This document shows, piece by piece, positions 23,513 through 32,087 of a DNA stretch of 39,497 nucleotides. The stretch's first letter is position 1, and every line of letters starts with the position of its first letter. The position numbers and the translations under genes are program-made. The DNA is taken from the IMG/VR virus record IMGVR_UViG_3300037313_000691, positions 1 to 39,497 of that record; one strand, 5' to 3'. The notes beneath the pieces are model-generated. The model had not been told where the DNA came from. It searched no databases and worked only from the letters and a program-made list of their open reading frames with translations. Source of the stretch: a virus (taxonomy: Duplodnaviria; Caudoviricetes).

Positions 23513-24779
23513 AACCCTCGCCCGGTTTCCCAAGAAGCTCAAATTCCTCTTCGAGCCTTCCCGCTACAAGGTAGCAAGAGGGGGCCGGGGATCGGCCAAG
23601 AGCTGGTCGATTGCACGAGCGCTTCTGATCATCGGCGCTCAACGACCTTTGCGGGTCTTGTGTACGCGGGAAGTGCAGAAGTCCATTCAGCAATCGGTCC
23701 ACCAACTGTTGAAGGACCAGGTTCAAGGGTTGAGCCTCGGGCACTTCTACGAAGTTCTATCGACCGAGATTCGGGGAAAGAACGGAACGCTGTTCTTGTT
23801 CTCCGGCCTGTCGGACATGACGGCGGAAAGCCTCAAGTCCTTTGAGGGTGTTGATGTGTGCTGGGTCGAAGAGGCTCAGTCGGTCAGTAAGGCGAGCTGG
23901 GACATCCTGATCCCGACCATCCGCAAGGAAGGTTCGGAGATTTGGGTTTCGTACAACCCACAGCTCGAATCAGACGAAACGCACCAACGTTTCACGATGA
24001 AGCCGCCCCCCGACTGTGTGAACGTCGAGGTCAACTGGCGCGACAACCCATTCTTTCCCAAGGTGCTCGAAGCCGAGCGCAAACACGCGCAGGAGTCCAT
24101 GAAGACCGAGGACTACGAGCACATCTGGGAAGGCAAGTGCAGGCCGGCGGTCGAAGGGGCGATCTACTTCGATGAGATGTCCCGGGCCGAAAAGAGGATC
24201 GGGAACATCCCCCACGACCCATTGCTCAAGACGCATGCGGTGTGGGACTTGGGGTTCAACGATTCCATGTCGATCATCCTCGTGCAGAAGCTTTCCAGCG
24301 AGATTCGGGCGGTTCACTACATCGAGGGAACGCAAAGAACCCTGGCCGACTACTCGGCTGAACTGAAGGCGTTGAAGCTGGACGACCAGCCGATCAACTG
24401 GGGAGAACATTTCCTTCCCCACGATGGATTTGCTAAGAGGCACCAGACGGGAAAGACCGATGCGGATGTCCTGCGGTCTTTGGGCTGGACGGTGCGCCGT
24501 GTTCCGGGAACAGATGTTGAAGGCGGGATCAAGAGGGCAAGAGAACTCTTCCCCCGAGTGTATTTCAACAAGTCCCGCACCGAGAGATTGATCGAGTGCT
24601 TGAAACGTTACAGGCGGCACATCAACCAGCAGACGAACGAGCCTGGAAATCCTGTCCACGACGAGTTCAGCCATGGAGCCGATGCGTTCCGCTACATGGC
24701 TTTATCGGTAGACGAGATGACCAACGAGTCGAGTAATTGGGACAAGCCCCTGAGCGTGAACACCAAGTACATCGTTTAG
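23505..24779 (+). CDS. terL: Terminase large subunit (PBSX/P22-like)
   Basis: GGRGSAKS (Walker A), WVEEAQ (Walker B), SYNP, WDLG, SHGADAFRY; TTG start inferred. Confidence 0.95.
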   Translation: MSETLARFPKKLKFLFEPSRYKVARGGRGSAKSWSIARALLIIGAQRPLRVLCTREVQKSIQQSVHQLLKDQVQGLSLGHFYEVLSTEIRGKNGTLFLFSGLSDMTAESLKSFEGVDVCWVEEAQSVSKASWDILIPTIRKEGSEIWVSYNPQLESDETHQRFTMKPPPDCVNVEVNWRDNPFFPKVLEAERKHAQESMKTEDYEHIWEGKCRPAVEGAIYFDEMSRAEKRIGNIPHDPLLKTHAVWDLGFNDSMSIILVQKLSSEIRAVHYIEGTQRTLADYSAELKALKLDDQPINWGEHFLPHDGFAKRHQTGKTDADVLRSLGWTVRRVPGTDVEGGIKRARELFPRVYFNKSRTERLIECLKRYRRHINQQTNEPGNPVHDEFSHGADAFRYMALSVDEMTNESSNWDKPLSVNTKYIV

Positions 24780-24789
24780 AACACACAAG

Positions 24790-24808
24790 GCATCGCTGAG
24801 AAGCGACC
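24790..24808 (+). promoter_or_regulatory. GAGA-tetraloop hairpin before portal (copy 1 of 19-nt repeat)
   Basis: GCATCGCTGAGAAGCGACC, identical at 27528-27546. Confidence 0.7.
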
Positions 24809-24811
24809 CGA

Positions 24812-26977
24812 ATGGATAACACAACCCTCATCTCCATCATCAGCTCGCACCGCAGGGATTCGCTCGGCTATGAGTCGGGTGAGCTCTCCCAAGAGCGGGC
24901 AGCGGCGATGGACCACTACCACGGACGACCCTACGGGAACGAGGTAACGGGGCGTTCTGCGGTTGTTTCGCGCGACTTGGCAGAGACTGTGGATTGGGCG
25001 CTGCCCGCGATCATTCGCGTGTTCATCCAGTCGGGGAACTTGGCGGAATTCTCCCCTGTAGGACCGAAAGACGAAGAACTCGCCCAACAGGAGACCGACT
25101 ACACCAACCAGGTCATCATGAAGGACAACGCAGGGTTCATGATCCTGCACGACGCCATCAAGGACACCCTTCTCTTGAAGAACGGGTACGTCAAACACTG
25201 GTGGGATGTCGAAGAAAAGATCACCGACGAGGACTACTCCGGCCTCACGATGGACTCGCTTACCGCGATGATCCAGGAGCTGGAGTCCTACGGGGCGGAA
25301 GTCGAGATCAAGGGGCAGGAGTCCAGGATCGTGGACACGCCGGCAGGCCCCGTCGAGTTGTTCGACGTAAAACTCCAAGTCAAGAAGAAGTGCGGCAAGG
25401 TCCGCATTGAAGCCGTCCCCGCCGAAGAAGTGCGGGTATCGAGAAAGTGCAAGGGCTCGCTCCAGCAGTCTCCATTTACCGAGCACGTTACGAAGAAAAC
25501 GCGCTCAGACCTCATCGAAATGGGAATGGATCGAAACTTTGTTGACTCCCTTCCTGCGTTCAACGAAGAAGACAACTCCCGCGAACGACTGGCCCGCGAT
25601 TCCGTCACCGACGAAAACCGCGACATCGACACCTCCTTCTCGGACAAGTCGATGGACGAGATCGAGTTTGCCGAGGCGTACCTGAAAGTCGATTACGACG
25701 ATGACGGAGTGGCGGAACTGCGCAAGGTCGTGACCGTGGCGGGGAACAAGATTCCCCCCGGTGATGAGTGGAACGAGGCAATCACTGCTGTTCCCCTGAC
25801 CTCGTTTGTCATGAAGCGAGTTCCCCACCGCCATGTGGGTGAGTCCCTTGATGATGAGCTGGCGGACATCCAGGAAATCAAGACGGCGCTCGAACGTCAA
25901 CTACTGGATAACGTCTACCTCACGAACAACCAACGTATCGCAGCCAATGAGCGGGTGAACTACCGCGACCTCATGACCTCGACTCCGGGCGGGATTGTCC
26001 GGGTCAATGGGAGTGAAGCGATCGGCGATTCGCTGGAGCCGATCCAGACCACGCCGATCTTGGACAAGATCCTTCCGGCCATCGACTACTGGGACAAGAC
26101 CAAGGAAATCCGCTCAGGCATTCGCCCCGGCTCCGACATGGACCCGGACATGCTCTCGAACGTGACCAAGGGTGGTTTCTTCGAGGCGATGAATCGGCTG
26201 TCCGAGAAGATCGAGATGATGACCCGGATGTTGGCGGAGTCCGGTGTCAAAGACATGGTGCTCATGGTCCACGACCTGTTGATTCGGAATCAGGATCAGC
26301 AACGAGTTGTCCAGATGCGAGGCAAGTGGGTTCCGGTCAATCCCAAGGAGTGGAAGGAACGCACGGACCTGACGCTCAAGGTTGGTCTGGGAACCGGGAA
26401 CAAGGAACAAAAGAGGCAAGACCTCGGAATGCTGTTCCAGATGCAGCAAGCAGTCCTCCAGGCGGCCACAGCAGCCCCGCCTCCGGTGTATGCGCGGGTC
26501 TATGCGCTGTTCTCCGACCTAGCAAAGACGATGGGTGTCGATGTTCCTGAGAAGTACGCAGTGCCTCCAGGCTCTCCTGAGCACATGCAGATGCAGCAGC
26601 AGGCGTCCCAGCAACAAAACCCGCAGATGGCAAAGGTGCAAGCTGATTCCCAAGCCGAACAGGCCCGTCTTCAGCAAGAGGGGATGCTCAGGCAAGCCGA
26701 GATGCGCATGCAGGCGCAAGTTGACGCCCACAGACAGCAGGTCGAAGCGCAGCAACAGCAGGCTCGGATGACGATGGAACTCCAATTGGAGCGCCAAAGA
26801 AACGAGATGGATATGCAGCTCGCCCGCGAGAAGGCGCAGATGCAGGCTCAGATCGATGTGATGCTGGCCCGGATCAAGGCGGAGGCCCAAATTGATGCCG
26901 CGCAGATCACCGCACAGGCGACATTGAGCCAGCAGCAGGAAACCGCCGCCGATAACGCGGTTGGAGACGAAGCATGA
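24812..26977 (+). CDS. Portal protein (P22-like, long Gln-rich C-terminal coiled coil)
   Basis: 721 aa following terL; GRSAVVSRD, DTLLLKNGYVK, PGGIVRV, VGLGTG. Confidence 0.92.
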   Translation: MDNTTLISIISSHRRDSLGYESGELSQERAAAMDHYHGRPYGNEVTGRSAVVSRDLAETVDWALPAIIRVFIQSGNLAEFSPVGPKDEELAQQETDYTNQVIMKDNAGFMILHDAIKDTLLLKNGYVKHWWDVEEKITDEDYSGLTMDSLTAMIQELESYGAEVEIKGQESRIVDTPAGPVELFDVKLQVKKKCGKVRIEAVPAEEVRVSRKCKGSLQQSPFTEHVTKKTRSDLIEMGMDRNFVDSLPAFNEEDNSRERLARDSVTDENRDIDTSFSDKSMDEIEFAEAYLKVDYDDDGVAELRKVVTVAGNKIPPGDEWNEAITAVPLTSFVMKRVPHRHVGESLDDELADIQEIKTALERQLLDNVYLTNNQRIAANERVNYRDLMTSTPGGIVRVNGSEAIGDSLEPIQTTPILDKILPAIDYWDKTKEIRSGIRPGSDMDPDMLSNVTKGGFFEAMNRLSEKIEMMTRMLAESGVKDMVLMVHDLLIRNQDQQRVVQMRGKWVPVNPKEWKERTDLTLKVGLGTGNKEQKRQDLGMLFQMQQAVLQAATAAPPPVYARVYALFSDLAKTMGVDVPEKYAVPPGSPEHMQMQQQASQQQNPQMAKVQADSQAEQARLQQEGMLRQAEMRMQAQVDAHRQQVEAQQQQARMTMELQLERQRNEMDMQLAREKAQMQAQIDVMLARIKAEAQIDAAQITAQATLSQQQETAADNAVGDEA

Positions 26978-27255
26978 GCCCAGAAGAACGTCAATCCAAA
27001 GCCATTGAGGCTCGCCAATTCCTGGAAAGCTCGACGTTCAAGGCGATGTTTGAGGGCGTTTCCGACTCTCTTGAAGCCAAAGCACTTTCGTGCGATCCAA
27101 CGGACGAAAAAAGAGCTTCCGACATCATCCGCTGCAAGCAACTGTTAGTTGCGATGCGGCGCGAGATTGAACGAGTTGCACAGGATGGTGACTTTGCAGC
27201 GTTCGAGATTGCCGAGTTGCAAAAGCGCGGCCTCACGCGGATGTTCCGGCGTTGA
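26974..27255 (+). CDS. Small head-associated hypothetical protein
   Basis: Coupled to portal; EARQFLES..FKAMF. Confidence 0.75.
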   Translation: MSPEERQSKAIEARQFLESSTFKAMFEGVSDSLEAKALSCDPTDEKRASDIIRCKQLLVAMRREIERVAQDGDFAAFEIAELQKRGLTRMFRR

Positions 27256-27256
27256 T

Positions 27257-27475
27257 ATGGCCGAAGAAACAAGACTAAAGAGGTTCGTTCAGGACCAAGA
27301 AGAGGCCGTGCAGCTCGCCAGGAGCACGCCAGAGGGCAGTGATTCCGTTCGCGTGGATGCGATCAATGTTGCCCTGTCGCTAGCTCATTGCAACGCCGAA
27401 CCCGGAGTAACAGTTACCGTTTCAGAGCTGATCGAAAGTGCGAAAGCCGTCGAAAAATATCTGAGATCAAGTTAG
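27257..27475 (+). CDS. Hypothetical protein
   Basis: RVDAINVAL...LIESAKAVEKYL. Confidence 0.65.
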   Translation: MAEETRLKRFVQDQEEAVQLARSTPEGSDSVRVDAINVALSLAHCNAEPGVTVTVSELIESAKAVEKYLRSS

Positions 27476-27527
27476 TAAGCCGACCGCCACCGGCTAACTA
27501 AGCCCACACGGGCTTGTTTGTGGCAGC

Positions 27528-27546
27528 GCATCGCTGAGAAGCGACC
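27528..27546 (+). promoter_or_regulatory. GAGA-tetraloop hairpin before scaffold (copy 2)
   Basis: Identical 19-mer, directly upstream of SD GGAG. Confidence 0.7.
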
Positions 27547-27560
27547 GCACGGAGAAAACG

Positions 27561-28631
27561 TTGGACCAAGAGAACCCTACCACTGGCGACAGTGGCGCAA
27601 GTATCGAGGACAGGCTGGTTGCCTACCTCTCTGCTGGGGAGGAACCAGAAAAGACCCAAGAGGCGAAACCTTCGCAAGAAGCCAAGACCTCTGAGCCAGC
27701 AGAACAAACGCAGTCGGAAGAGCCGAAAGAAGGCGTCCAGGAAGAAGAGTCGCAGCCGCAGGTTTCGACCACCGACCTAGCCAAACTTCTCGGAATCGAT
27801 GAATCCATGCTTGACGTGGACGATGATGGTTCCTTGAAGATCAAGGCGAAGATCGATGGTCAGGAGACGCCCGCCAAGCTCGCAGACCTTTTGAAGGACT
27901 ACCAGATTCGGGGTCATGCCGAAAACGAATCGCGCAAAGCAGCCGAAGCAAGAAAGGCGGCAGATGCGCGGATGCAAGAGGTGGAGCAACAGGCGCAAGC
28001 CCGTTTGCAAAACGTCGAAGCGTTGACCGGCCTTGCCAAGCAGGACCTGATGCAGGAGTTCCAGTCGATCAACTGGAATCAGCTCGAAGCAGAGTCCCCG
28101 GGGCAAGCCGCACTCTTGAAGCAGAAGTTTCAGGAGCGAGCCAATCGATTGGATGGGGTTCAAAACTACGTCCAACAGCAGAAACAGGCTCACTTGATGA
28201 ACATGGACAACCACCGAAAACAGGTTGTCCAGCAGGAGCATGAAAAGCTCGCGCAAGTCATTCCCGAATGGAAGGACGCGGAAGTTCGCTCGAAAGAGAC
28301 TCAGGAAATTTGGAAGCTCGCCCAAGCCAAGGGCGTCCCACCCGAAATCCTGTCGATTCTCTCGGATGGACTGACGACTCCTGTGGGTGTGATTCCGCCG
28401 AGTGCAGGACTCATCGCGATCTTGAGGGCCGGTCTGTTGCAGCAAAAGCAGCAGGAAGCCAAACCCTTGATCGAGAACAAGGTCCGCCAAGCTCCCAAAC
28501 TCGTCAAGCCCGGTCAGGCAACGCAGAACGGCAAGGAAACGCGCCTTGCAGACCTCAAGCAATCAGTCCGTAAGTCCGGTGGAAAGAACGGCTCTCTCGA
28601 AGAGTATTTGATCCGAACCGGAAAGGTTTAA
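27561..28631 (+). CDS. Capsid scaffolding protein
   Basis: Acidic N-terminus, KIDGQE..L.DL..DYQ, coiled coil, IPEW, APKLVKPG; precedes the capsid gene. Confidence 0.85.
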   Translation: MDQENPTTGDSGASIEDRLVAYLSAGEEPEKTQEAKPSQEAKTSEPAEQTQSEEPKEGVQEEESQPQVSTTDLAKLLGIDESMLDVDDDGSLKIKAKIDGQETPAKLADLLKDYQIRGHAENESRKAAEARKAADARMQEVEQQAQARLQNVEALTGLAKQDLMQEFQSINWNQLEAESPGQAALLKQKFQERANRLDGVQNYVQQQKQAHLMNMDNHRKQVVQQEHEKLAQVIPEWKDAEVRSKETQEIWKLAQAKGVPPEILSILSDGLTTPVGVIPPSAGLIAILRAGLLQQKQQEAKPLIENKVRQAPKLVKPGQATQNGKETRLADLKQSVRKSGGKNGSLEEYLIRTGKV

Positions 28632-28663
28632 CCCCTAACGCCGAGAGGCGCTGGAGAAATGAA

Positions 28664-29617
28664 ATGGCTCTTCCGAGCAACACGCTCGCGACCTACGAAG
28701 CCGTAGGCAACCGCGAGGACCTGGCTGACATCATCTATGACGTCACGCCGACCGAAACCCCGTACCTATCTTCGATCCCGAAGGGTTCGGCTTCTTCGAC
28801 CAAGCATGAGTGGCTGACGCGCTCGCTTGCCGCCGCAGTTGGCACCAACGCCAAGCTCGAAGGCGACGATGCGACGACCGACGCCGCGAACGCAAACGTC
28901 CGCGTCTACAACTACTGCCAGATTTCGAGCAAGACCGCTCGCGTCTCAGGCACGCAGGAGAGCGTGGACAAGGCCGGCATGAAGTCCGTTATGGCCCGCG
29001 AGATGTCGGACAAGATGAAGGAACTCAAGCGCGATGTCGAAACCGTGCTCCTCCAGGACGTGGCCTACGTCTCCGGCGGGGATACCACGGCTCGTAAGAG
29101 TGCTGGTCTTTCCACGTACATCAAGACCAACATCGACAAAGCGTCGGACGGCACTGCCGCGACCGGCAACGGTTCGGACACGTACACCGAAGGCACGGCG
29201 CGAGTTCTGTCCGAATCGTCGGTGGAGGCGTGCCTTGCCACTGCATGGTCGAACGGTGGGCAACCCTCCAAGGGCTTCCTCAACGCCTTCCAGAAGCGCA
29301 AGTTTGCCTCGTTCTCGGGCAACTCGACCCGCACCTCCAACGGTGATGGTAAGCGAGTGGTGAACGCGGTCGATGTCTACATCGATCCGCTGGGCAATGA
29401 GGTTTCCCTCGTTCCCTGCCGCCAGATGCCCACGGACCGCATCTACTTCGTTGACCCGGATTACGTGAAGTTCTGCCCTCTCCAGGGCCGCAACTTCCAG
29501 TCGTGGGATCTGGCGAAGACGGGCGACTCGATGCAGAAGCAAATCCTCGTGGAATACACGCAGGAAGTGTGCAACGAGAAGGCCCACGCCGCCGTGTACG
29601 ACCTCACGACCTCTTAA
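28664..29617 (+). CDS. Major capsid protein (SU10/DUF5309-like)
   Basis: GNREDLADIIY..PTETP, HEW, NYCQI, KELKRDVE, LAKTGDS, NEKAH. Confidence 0.92.
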   Translation: MALPSNTLATYEAVGNREDLADIIYDVTPTETPYLSSIPKGSASSTKHEWLTRSLAAAVGTNAKLEGDDATTDAANANVRVYNYCQISSKTARVSGTQESVDKAGMKSVMAREMSDKMKELKRDVETVLLQDVAYVSGGDTTARKSAGLSTYIKTNIDKASDGTAATGNGSDTYTEGTARVLSESSVEACLATAWSNGGQPSKGFLNAFQKRKFASFSGNSTRTSNGDGKRVVNAVDVYIDPLGNEVSLVPCRQMPTDRIYFVDPDYVKFCPLQGRNFQSWDLAKTGDSMQKQILVEYTQEVCNEKAHAAVYDLTTS

Positions 29618-29629
29618 GCAAACCTCGTA

Positions 29630-29655
29630 GGAGTCGGGCCTACGGGTCCGGCTCC
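29630..29655 (+). promoter_or_regulatory. Strong hairpin after capsid gene without U tract
   Basis: GGAGTCGGGCC-TACG-GGTCCGGCTCC. Confidence 0.55.
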
Positions 29656-29673
29656 GCATTAAGGAGAAATCAC

Positions 29674-30267
29674 ATGGGTTGGAAATTCCACCAGAGGGAC
29701 GGCAGCCTCATCATCACGGACGGTGGTGTTGACCTGACGAAGTTTGTCGGCACCAGGGCTGCCGTTGCGGGACTGTCGGTCAAGCACGCAGCGATGGGGC
29801 CGTTCATTCAAACGACGCTTACGCTCGATAACGTCGCGCAATCGGTTGTGAATGGTACGGAGTATCAAAGCACCAAACTATTCACGTTCCCCGAGACGCG
29901 CATGTACGTTGTGACCACGGTTGCAACGCTCCAGCAGAAAACGACCTCGGTTCTCGCCTCCACGCTGAACGCAAGTTCGACGGGCGCGATTTCCGTGGGC
30001 ACGGCTGCGGCGTCGAACGTGTCCCTGACAAGCACGATGGTCGATTTGCTGCCTTCGACGGCGTTCACCTCCTCGGCGACGATTAACGTCGCAGGGACGG
30101 CGGTGACGGCGGTTCTGGCGGCTGCGGCTTTCCTGGACGGTACGGCAACGGCCAAGAGCGCGTATTTGAACACCGCTTACGCAACCACGACTGACGTGGA
30201 CGCGGACGCGACCCAGACCATCTCTGGGTCCATCGTCATCACCTGGCTCAACTGCGGCGACAAGTAA
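29674..30267 (+). CDS. Virion structural protein (capsid decoration-like)
   Basis: SD AAGGAG; Thr/Ala/Ser-rich beta protein directly after the capsid gene. Confidence 0.65.
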   Translation: MGWKFHQRDGSLIITDGGVDLTKFVGTRAAVAGLSVKHAAMGPFIQTTLTLDNVAQSVVNGTEYQSTKLFTFPETRMYVVTTVATLQQKTTSVLASTLNASSTGAISVGTAAASNVSLTSTMVDLLPSTAFTSSATINVAGTAVTAVLAAAAFLDGTATAKSAYLNTAYATTTDVDADATQTISGSIVITWLNCGDK

Positions 30268-30284
30268 GGCAAGGCAATTAAGGG

Positions 30285-30310
30285 ACGGGGCTTCGGCCCC
30301 GTTTTCTTTT
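30285..30310 (+). terminator. Intrinsic terminator
   Basis: ACGGGGC-TTCG-GCCCCGT-TTTCTTTT. Confidence 0.9.
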
Positions 30311-30319
30311 GGAGAAACC

Positions 30320-30628
30320 ATGTACGCAAACGGTCGGGCTTTCCAAGCCACTGAGGCCACTCAAAACGCAGCCGTCACCGGCAGTGCTGCAACGATCACA
30401 TTTGTCTCGAAAACCTCTGATCTGGACGGTGCTGTCCGCGTTGCCAACATCGGTACGCAAACCGTCTTCATCCGACTGGATGGGACGACCCCGACGACAT
30501 CCACGGGCATTCCTATCCTCGCCGGCACCGCCGAGGTGTTTTCGACGCCCACAGGTTCAACCACGGTAAAACATATCGCCGCAGCGACGGGCTCCACGAT
30601 CTACGTGACTCCTGGCCGGGGTGTGTGA
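30320..30628 (+). CDS. Small virion structural protein
   Basis: VRVANIGTQTVFIRL...PILAGTAEVF...IYVTPGRG. Confidence 0.75.
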   Translation: MYANGRAFQATEATQNAAVTGSAATITFVSKTSDLDGAVRVANIGTQTVFIRLDGTTPTTSTGIPILAGTAEVFSTPTGSTTVKHIAAATGSTIYVTPGRGV

Positions 30629-30945
30629 TGAGGGAATACCTCTACGACGAAGCGACCAACACGTTCGGCATCAAAACGTCCTATGACCCCACCGAAGTCA
30701 TCGAGGCGAACAAGGCGCAGAAGGCCCAAGGCCGCGTGATGATCGGATCGAAGGGTCAGCAGATGCTCCACGCAATGCGGATCGACATTGACCACGTAGA
30801 AGCCCTCATTAACAAGGGCTACAACCTTCTATCCCCTGACCCCGACGAAGTGCGCAGAGCACTCCTTTACATCCAGCAGAACGAACAGGACTGGATGGTC
30901 ACGGATGGAAAAGTGATCGCCCAGACCAGGCAGAGGTGGGTGTGA
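30625..30945 (+). CDS. Hypothetical protein (head region)
   Basis: Coupled on both sides. Confidence 0.7.
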   Translation: MMREYLYDEATNTFGIKTSYDPTEVIEANKAQKAQGRVMIGSKGQQMLHAMRIDIDHVEALINKGYNLLSPDPDEVRRALLYIQQNEQDWMVTDGKVIAQTRQRWV

Positions 30946-31427
30946 GGGTCGCAATCGTCGGGATGTCTCAATCCAAAAACGACGCCCCGGCAGATTGGCC
31001 CAAGTGGGGCGTTGCGGATGACCCGGACGCCTTGAGATACGACAGGGTTTTCGAGATGCACGACGAATGGCGCGAGTTTCCACACGCCGATCAACTGGAG
31101 CATTTCGCAAGCCTTGTCATGCAGGGGGCTGACCTTCCGAATGCGACGAGATACCCCATTGAAGAAGTCACCGATTCGGTGACGGACTACCTCGAATCAA
31201 CAGTGGCCTATATGTTCGCTCTCGCGATTCATGACGGGTACGACGAGATTGGTTTGTGGGGTGTGGACATGAAGGCCGACGACGAGTACGGCTACCAGAA
31301 ACCAAACATGGAATACCTCATCGGATTTGCTCGGGGAAAGGGGATCAAGGTGTCGATTCACCCCTCTAGTCCCCTATGCAAGTTCTCTGGGATGTTCGGA
31401 TACGCCGGAAGGTACGGGAAGCGATAA
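30942..31427 (+). CDS. Glycosyltransferase-like (GT29/GT42/Maf-type Rossmann) protein
   Basis: VAIVG N-terminus and STVAYMFALAIHDGYDEIGLWGVDM motif. Confidence 0.5.
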   Translation: MRVAIVGMSQSKNDAPADWPKWGVADDPDALRYDRVFEMHDEWREFPHADQLEHFASLVMQGADLPNATRYPIEEVTDSVTDYLESTVAYMFALAIHDGYDEIGLWGVDMKADDEYGYQKPNMEYLIGFARGKGIKVSIHPSSPLCKFSGMFGYAGRYGKR

Positions 31428-32087
31428 ATGCCGATCATCGTTGGCGGAACAAGCCCCGGCCCGGGGGCGATCACGGACTATGCATCCTTGGTCCAGACCG
31501 TAGCCGACTGGCTTCATCGGGATAACACGAGCACGGACCTTGGGAATTTCGTTCCCACGTTCGTCCAGTTGGCGCAAGAGCGCATCTACCGCGAGCTTCG
31601 TGTTGCGGAGATGGAAGAGACGTTTTCCACTGCCATTTCTTCGGGAGTCATCGCTGTTCCCACGGGGTACATCGAGCTCAAGAATGCCTACATCGACGCC
31701 ACTCCGATCCAAAAGCTCCAGAAGAAGGATGCGGAGTGGATTTATCGGAATTACCCGACGCGATCGAGCGATTCAACTCCTAAATTCATCGGGCGTGAGA
31801 AGACGAATTTCATCTTCGGCCCGTACCCAGATTCGACGTACACCGTCAAAGGGACGTACTACAAACAACTGACGTCTTTGTCAGGGTCGAACACGTCGAA
31901 CTGGCTTATCACCGATGCGCCGAGCCTGATTCTCTTCGCTTCGCTGTGTGAAGCCGAACCCTACCTGATGAATGACCCTCGCATGACGTTGTGGGAGCAG
32001 AAATACCGCGAGACCCGCGACAGGTTGCAGAACCAGGATAACCAGGAGGAGTTTTCTGGTGGTCCTCTTGCGATGACGGCGGGGTAA
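31428..32087 (+). CDS. Head-tail adaptor protein
   Basis: ITDYASL...WLHR, FVQLAQERIYRELR, P..YIE, GPYPD.TY, NWL..AP.LIL..SL.EA.PYL.ND.R. Confidence 0.85.
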   Translation: MPIIVGGTSPGPGAITDYASLVQTVADWLHRDNTSTDLGNFVPTFVQLAQERIYRELRVAEMEETFSTAISSGVIAVPTGYIELKNAYIDATPIQKLQKKDAEWIYRNYPTRSSDSTPKFIGREKTNFIFGPYPDSTYTVKGTYYKQLTSLSGSNTSNWLITDAPSLILFASLCEAEPYLMNDPRMTLWEQKYRETRDRLQNQDNQEEFSGGPLAMTAG

